This document shows, piece after piece, positions 58,815 to 64,000 of a DNA stretch of 64,000 nucleotides; the first letter of the stretch is position 1; the number at the start of each line of letters is the position of its first letter. A model generated the notes under the pieces. It was given only the letters and a program-made list of their open reading frames with translations, did not search any database and had not been told where the DNA came from. The stretch is from the NCBI GenBank assembly GCA_043825735.1, contig JBDRRP010000068.1, forward strand, positions 1-64,000. The letters run 5' to 3'. This DNA comes from Pseudomonadota bacterium. Its GTDB lineage: Bacteria > Desulfobacterota > Desulfobacteria > Desulfobacterales > JBDRRP01. The position numbers and the translations under genes were made by a program.

Positions 58815-59234
58815 TTATTTCTTGGGATGGCAGTCCGCGCACTTGGTGGGGCCTTTTTTCTGCTTCTTGTGGCAGTCGATGCAGTTGGCGTGCACGGCTT
58901 CCTTGTAGTATTTTTTGATTTTTTCTTCTTTTTTCATCCCCTTGTCAGCTTTGTCCAGCTCGAAAGCACTGTGGCATTCACTGCATTTTTTTACAGGATC
59001 GCCTTCCTTGAGGGCCAGCGGCTTGCCAGCGTCGTCATGGTGGCACTCTCCGCAGGTGATGGCGTGATCCTTGACGTGCTTTCCGTGAGTGAAAGCCACA
59101 ATCCCCTTGGTGTGCTTCGTGAACCCCGGGTCGTTCATCTCGATGACATCGGGTGCCGCTGCCGCGTAAATGCCAGCCGCTACAAACACTGTGGCCAGCA
59201 CGATCGCGAGGCTATAGATTATCTGCTTCTTCAT
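58815..59234 (-). CDS. Tetraheme cytochrome c3 (class III), periplasmic
   Basis: Signal peptide; four CxxCH motifs (CGECH, CSECH, CIDCH, CADCH); FTHGKH distal-His motif; Lys-rich. Confidence 0.93.
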   Translation of the reverse strand: MKKQIIYSLAIVLATVFVAAGIYAAAAPDVIEMNDPGFTKHTKGIVAFTHGKHVKDHAITCGECHHDDAGKPLALKEGDPVKKCSECHSAFELDKADKGMKKEEKIKKYYKEAVHANCIDCHKKQKKGPTKCADCHPKK

Positions 59235-59307
59235 CTTTCCCCTTCCCCTTTCGCTCCATCGTTGTTGGTGATTATCCCCTGTCCCCGGGATAAAATAACG
59301 AGTTGCT

Positions 59308-59336
59308 TTTTTATCAACTACCATGGTGCTTGTCAA
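59308..59336 (-). promoter_or_regulatory. Putative sigma70 promoter of cytochrome c3
   Basis: Minus strand TTGACA-N17-TAAAAA with a TG extended -10. Confidence 0.45.
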
Positions 59337-59467
59337 CGGCAAACATGACGCTGAAAGTCAAGCCAGTGGCCGGTTTGCAAGGATGGCGGCAGTAAAACCG
59401 GTTGTGCGGCCGGGCCATGGGTGCGGCGGGTTGGGCCAAACCACAACCGGTGGTGTGTTGCGAAGTG

Positions 59468-61165
59468 CTATCGACAGTTGGCGCGGTAATGGGCAAGTAG
59501 TCGCGGCGAGACCCTGCTGAACATGTCGAAGTCAGACATGATTTCCATCCCAGGAACGATGACCCGACAGACCGGATAAGCGAGGTCCTCGGTGGTGATG
59601 TCCACCGATATGGGTTCATAGCCGCTGCTGAGCAGTACGGTTTCCACCAGTTGCAGGTTCGTTTCGGCGCGGCCCGTACAATAACTGGGCAGATCCTCGA
59701 GTTGCCGCACCGGCAGGTGCTGGGGCGGCATCTGGCTGGGCATCTCCGCCGGGTAGGGATGGGGTGTTTCGGTCATCGCCGAGATGATGGCGCGGCGGCC
59801 GTCCAGATGACCGGCGGTGCCCCTGGCGACGGACCCATCCTGTGCGATGACGAAACAGCGGTAACAGGGTATGCCGGTATGGTGGGAGATGTCCTGGAAA
59901 AATAGGTGGATGCCCTGCCTTTTGTAGTCATCCAGCAGTCGCTGCACGGCGGGGTCGGCGGCCGTTAGAAAAAAGCAGTCCTGCCAGTGAAACACCCGGG
60001 TAAGATCGGCGTCGCGCTCGATGACTTCCATCAGCCCGTTCAGCTTGGCCTGGGCCATGGTGCTGCCGGTGGCCAGCCCTGTGGAGCCGAGTGCAGAAAA
60101 CAGGGCAGGCTCGTCGTAGTTGGCAAACAGGAACACGCACTGCAAGGGGACGCGGATGCGGCGCGGGCCGTCGGAGGTGAGCGCCTCACCGTCGACCCAT
60201 GCGAGCGGGGCATCGGTGTAAGGCGCCTCCAGGGCGATGTGGTTGGGATCCAAAACCGCCGTGTCTTCGGCGACCAGCTCCGAGTAGCGCGCAACGGCCA
60301 GCACCATCGGACGGCTGCGGCCGGGAATCCGGTCTCCGTCGACGGATGCATACGACGACCAGCGCTCCACCACCTCCATGACACAGGCGGCCCGGGCGGA
60401 TTCCAGCTGCAGGCCCCGGCCATAAGAGGTCTGAGGGCCGATGAGCACGTAATGCAGAACGCCCTGCCGGATCTTGTGCGAAAACATCCACTTTCGTAAA
60501 AGTGCAATGGGGCTGAGCGATGCGGTGTGGCGCATCTCCGGCCCATCCAGGATATCGGCTTTTTGAAGGCGGGCCAGGGCCTGGTCGTGGATGGCCTGTG
60601 CGGCCTCGGGATCGGCATGGCTGGGCGCCGGCGCCGCCCCGCGCTCAGCAAACGCCGCGACAATGCCGGGGCCGTCGACTCGGGCCGGCGGCAAGGCCGG
60701 CGCCGCATCGGTCATGCCATCAAGGGGTTCCAGTGAGAGCATGTTTTCCCTGAAACGCCGGATCCACCGGCTGTGCAGCGCCTGGTCTTTTTGAAAGGTC
60801 GAGCGAATATGAAGCAAAGGCGTGGCCGCAGTCAGCCGGGCCGCATCTTCCGGTGAAAACCGGCTTCGGATAGCTGCAAAGCGGGGCTCGATGAGACAGG
60901 CCTCAAGAACCAGCGCATGGGCAACGACATCATCGGTGCCGGTGGCTTCAAGGGCCTGCGCCAGTTGATGCGGCTCCCAGGTGGAAATAAACCCGAGCAC
61001 GTGCTGGTGCATGAAGGCGTCCATGGGATGGTCGCGCAGATACACCATGGCCTCCTGAAAGGCCAGCGGCGTTTCAGGTACGCAGGCGAAGTATCCGGTG
61101 CTGTCAGCCGTGTTGGTCAGGCGCAGCGCGTAGCGCAATGGTACCGTAGCGGTGGTCTGTGTCAT
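59468..61165 (-). CDS. YcaO-like family protein
   Basis: SYGRG, MEVVER, STGLATG, MEVIERD ATP-binding motifs; C-terminal VDIT....PVCRVIVPG. Confidence 0.85.
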   Translation of the reverse strand: MTQTTATVPLRYALRLTNTADSTGYFACVPETPLAFQEAMVYLRDHPMDAFMHQHVLGFISTWEPHQLAQALEATGTDDVVAHALVLEACLIEPRFAAIRSRFSPEDAARLTAATPLLHIRSTFQKDQALHSRWIRRFRENMLSLEPLDGMTDAAPALPPARVDGPGIVAAFAERGAAPAPSHADPEAAQAIHDQALARLQKADILDGPEMRHTASLSPIALLRKWMFSHKIRQGVLHYVLIGPQTSYGRGLQLESARAACVMEVVERWSSYASVDGDRIPGRSRPMVLAVARYSELVAEDTAVLDPNHIALEAPYTDAPLAWVDGEALTSDGPRRIRVPLQCVFLFANYDEPALFSALGSTGLATGSTMAQAKLNGLMEVIERDADLTRVFHWQDCFFLTAADPAVQRLLDDYKRQGIHLFFQDISHHTGIPCYRCFVIAQDGSVARGTAGHLDGRRAIISAMTETPHPYPAEMPSQMPPQHLPVRQLEDLPSYCTGRAETNLQLVETVLLSSGYEPISVDITTEDLAYPVCRVIVPGMEIMSDFDMFSRVSPRLLAHYRANCR

Positions 61166-61219
61166 GAAAAATCACCGGTGCGCCGGTTGGTGTGCCGGCG
61201 CGGCATGCGGGATATCGGT

Positions 61220-61996
61220 TCAGTCCTTGGAACCGCTGTCAGGGGTCTTGGAATCCGGAGCGTCCTCCACCGGCTTGCGGCCGAATGCGATGGCGCCGAA
61301 GATACTCAGTTCGTAGAGCAGCATCAGGGGGATGGCCATCATAATCTGAGTGACCACGTCCGGCGGTGTGATAATGGCGGCAGCGATAAAGAAAATCAGG
61401 ATGGCATATTTCCGGTTTTTGCGAAGAAACGGAACGGTCACCAGTCCCAGCTTGGCCATGAAGGTGATCACCAGCGGCAGCTCGAACACAAGCCCGAAGG
61501 CCAGCAGCAGTTTGGCAGACAGGGACAGGTATTCCTTCATGGACGGCAGTGCTTTGATGTGCTCGTTGGCGAACCCGAGAAAGAACTGAAATCCAAAGGG
61601 GAACACTAAAAAATATCCGAAAGCGGCGCCGCCGACAAAAAAGACCGTGGACAGCAATACGATGGGGATCAGCATGCGCCGTTCGTGCTTGTAGAGCCCC
61701 GGCGAGACGAACATCCAGAACTCGTAGATCACCACCGGCGAGGCCAGCATGAAACCGGCCAAAAGCGCCACCTTGAGGTAGGTGAAAAAGGCTTCCGGCA
61801 GTCCGGTGAACACCATGGTGCTGCCGCTTTCGCCCATGGCTTCGATCAGCGGAGCGGTCAGAATATCGAACAACAGTTCCTTGAACCCGTAGGCGGCCAA
61901 AAACCCGATGCCAACGGCCACAAAACAGACGATGAGCCGTGAGCGCAGCTCATCGAGGTGCTCAGTGAACGGGACTTTGTCTTCTTCATCAAGCAT
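61220..61996 (-). CDS. tatC: Twin-arginine translocase subunit TatC
   Basis: PFTEHLDELRSRL, EAFFTYLK, FVSPGLY, FELP, ITPPD. Start ATG 61996. Confidence 0.96.
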   Translation of the reverse strand: MLDEEDKVPFTEHLDELRSRLIVCFVAVGIGFLAAYGFKELLFDILTAPLIEAMGESGSTMVFTGLPEAFFTYLKVALLAGFMLASPVVIYEFWMFVSPGLYKHERRMLIPIVLLSTVFFVGGAAFGYFLVFPFGFQFFLGFANEHIKALPSMKEYLSLSAKLLLAFGLVFELPLVITFMAKLGLVTVPFLRKNRKYAILIFFIAAAIITPPDVVTQIMMAIPLMLLYELSIFGAIAFGRKPVEDAPDSKTPDSGSKD

Positions 61997-62378
61997 TTGG
62001 ATCGGCTCCGGAAGCCTTTTCCGCAGCGGGGTCCGCGTTTTCGGGAGTCTTTTGGGAGGATTCCGTCTTCGATGCGGCCGCATCGCCCGCGGAGGACGCC
62101 GCCGATGAATCTGCGTCTGCGCCGGCTTCTGCATCGCCAGATGGCCGCGGGGGCGCGGCGTCGGCGATTTTACCGAGGTCGATATCGTCGAAGGTGCGCT
62201 TGACGGTTCGCAGATCATTGTCAACGTCAAGCGCCTGCTTAAAGTCCTGGGTGGCCCGCTTGAATTCGCCAAAGGCCTTTCCCATGGATTTGGCCAGATC
62301 TGGCAGTTTCTTGGGGCCGATCACGATGAGGGCGATGGCCATAATCAGCAGAATTTCGGGCATTCCCATTCCAAACAT
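61989..62378 (-). CDS. tatB: Twin-arginine translocase TatA/TatB-family subunit
   Basis: MFGMGMPEILLIMAIALIVIGPKKLPDLAKSMG; AAGGAG RBS; directly before tatC. Confidence 0.85.
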   Translation of the reverse strand: MFGMGMPEILLIMAIALIVIGPKKLPDLAKSMGKAFGEFKRATQDFKQALDVDNDLRTVKRTFDDIDLGKIADAAPPRPSGDAEAGADADSSAASSAGDAAASKTESSQKTPENADPAAEKASGADPNA

Positions 62379-62396
62379 GTGCCGTCTCCTTAACTC

Positions 62397-62543
62397 GTGC
62401 CCGCCCATAAATGGCGATTCAGCCCCCGGCGTCGGTGGCCGCTCTTTTGCGCGCCGCCAGCGGCGGACTCGGACCTTTCGCCGTCACCAAGGCTATTGCC
62501 GGCAAGCGCCGGTAGCCAAAGCCTGCCATTTATGCACGGGCAC
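62397..62543. mobile_element. ~147 bp TIR-bounded element (family A, diverged copy 3)
   Basis: GTGCCCGCCCATAAATGGC / GCCATTTATGCACGGGCAC (17/19 complementary). Same length and similar ends as copies 1 and 2. Confidence 0.6.
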
Positions 62544-62651
62544 CGGCTTGAAATGGCGGGTACAACCTGAATGTGACGCCCGCCAGCACCGGGCGGCGAG
62601 TGCTGCCCGGAGAAAAGCAATTCACCCTAGTACGTGAGTTGCCGGGGGCTG

Positions 62652-63920
62652 TCAAGATGGCGCTTTAAGCACTATAAAGTACAGGGTGCCGGGGTGCTGC
62701 ATATAGCCGGCGGCGATTTCGGCGTAGGGTCCGTTGCCCCAGAATATATCGGCGCGCCCAGGTCCGCGGATGGCCCCGCCCGTGTCTTGGTTCAGGGTGA
62801 ACCGGTTCAAGGGGGTCCATTCCAGAATCTGCCCGCCACCGTCCACCACCGGTTTGGCGGTCTGGATAAAGGCCAGGGCGCCCTTGGGAAAGAGACGATA
62901 GTCGGTGGCCATGCTTCGCCCCGGCGTGAGGCGCACGTTGATGGATCCGAATGGCCCGTCAGGGCCGGTTTTGAAGAACACGTAGCTGGGGTTGGTGTGG
63001 AAAATGCCGGTTGCCTGCTCCGGGTGGTCGGACAGCCACCGGCGGATGGCTTGCATGGACATGTCCTCCCGGGCGATGGCGCCCTTGTCGATAAGGACTT
63101 TTCCCACACTGCGATACGGGCGGCCGTTGGTGGTGTTGTACTGGATATTGAGCGTTTCACCCGTGTCCAATATGACCCGTCCGGAGCCCTGTATATGAAG
63201 GAAAAAAAGATCGGTGGCATCGTCCACCCACACCAACACGCCGGCTTTGCCGTCCAGGGCGGCCGCCATCTCGATCTGCTCCCGGTCATAATAGGGAATG
63301 ACCCGACCATTTTCCAGGCGCGCCATGAGCTGGCGGGTTTTGAACTCGGGAGAGAACCGGAACAGTTCCACCGTGACAAGATCGTCAGGCCGACCGTATA
63401 CGGGAAAGGGGTACCGGGGGCTTTGAGTCAGACTGCCCCGGAGCAGCGGCTCGTAGTAACCCGTAAAGAGCATCTCGCCCTCTGTGCCGGCGATGGAGCG
63501 ATAGACGATATATTGATCTGCGATGAAGTTCTGAAGCGACGCCGGGTCGGGACGGCTGCGGATGAAACTGCGGAAATGCGCCAGGGATGCCGCCAGATGG
63601 TTGGCGGTCACCGTGTCCGGGCCGAAAACAAAGGGGGTGTCACCGGGCAGTCGCTCGAGGTATGTCAGGCTTTGCCCGATGGCCGTTTCCAGGTTGTCCC
63701 AATCCAGATCGTCTGAAAATTTTGGATACTGGGATGCGGTCAGCCGTATCAAGGTCGTTTCCGCGGTGACCGTTTCAGGCCGACGGGGTGCCAGCGTACA
63801 CGACGGCAGCACGATCAGGGCCAGCGCGATGACCAGACCCATGCGGGCCCACCGCCACTGGCGGCGCGATCGGATTGCACGATCCATTTCCTTTGAGCGG
63901 TTATCAAACCCCATCATCAC
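62652..63920 (-). CDS. mltA: Membrane-bound lytic murein transglycosylase A (lipoprotein)
   Basis: Lipobox-like LPSC; FTGYYEP, HIQGSG, NPSYVFF, QDTGGAIRG..RADIFWG (3D domain). Confidence 0.93.
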   Translation of the reverse strand: MMMGFDNRSKEMDRAIRSRRQWRWARMGLVIALALIVLPSCTLAPRRPETVTAETTLIRLTASQYPKFSDDLDWDNLETAIGQSLTYLERLPGDTPFVFGPDTVTANHLAASLAHFRSFIRSRPDPASLQNFIADQYIVYRSIAGTEGEMLFTGYYEPLLRGSLTQSPRYPFPVYGRPDDLVTVELFRFSPEFKTRQLMARLENGRVIPYYDREQIEMAAALDGKAGVLVWVDDATDLFFLHIQGSGRVILDTGETLNIQYNTTNGRPYRSVGKVLIDKGAIAREDMSMQAIRRWLSDHPEQATGIFHTNPSYVFFKTGPDGPFGSINVRLTPGRSMATDYRLFPKGALAFIQTAKPVVDGGGQILEWTPLNRFTLNQDTGGAIRGPGRADIFWGNGPYAEIAAGYMQHPGTLYFIVLKAPS

Positions 63921-64000
63921 GCGCTCCTTCTGCCGCCGGGATGCGCGGGCGTGTTTCAGTCGCGCCGATATCCGGCAGCGGGTCCCCGCTCGCAGTGCCA

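Noticed and set aside
63921..64000. 3' end of a gene upstream of mltA
   Set aside because: Too short to fix the frame or product.

Overview
A 64 kb chromosomal segment from a GC-rich sulfate-reducing bacterium. The reductive-type dsrABD-dsrN cluster, tetraheme cytochrome c3 and gene order point to Desulfobacterota, probably Desulfobacterales (inference). The window looks origin-proximal: it holds rpmH-rnpA-yidD-yidC-jag-mnmE, a perfect parS site at 15848 and dnaN-gyrB. An AT-rich intergenic region at about 35.7-36.1 kb has a DnaA-trio/DnaA-box-like layout and is a candidate oriC. However, dnaA, recF and gyrA are absent. A split RdgC-like gene pair sits where dnaA normally lies, a ThyA-family gene sits where gyrA often lies, and an EndoQ-like nuclease/UvrD helicase fusion flanks the other side. 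Other content: PBP1A, hisI-hisG-aminotransferase-engB-era-ATP-grasp-HNH, a nucleoside-type ABC transporter with gpt embedded, RNase G, a radical SAM fusion, DegP, asnS, galU, ilvE, dapA, tatBC, a stand-alone YcaO and mltA. The intergenic DNA carries several families of short palindromic repeats. The most striking is a ~146 bp rod-like element (3 full copies plus 1 collapsed remnant) whose copies show compensatory base changes, and whose ends supply stop codons to host genes. No rRNA, tRNA, CRISPR array or transposase gene was recognised. All calls come from reading the sequence and motifs by eye; no database searches were run.
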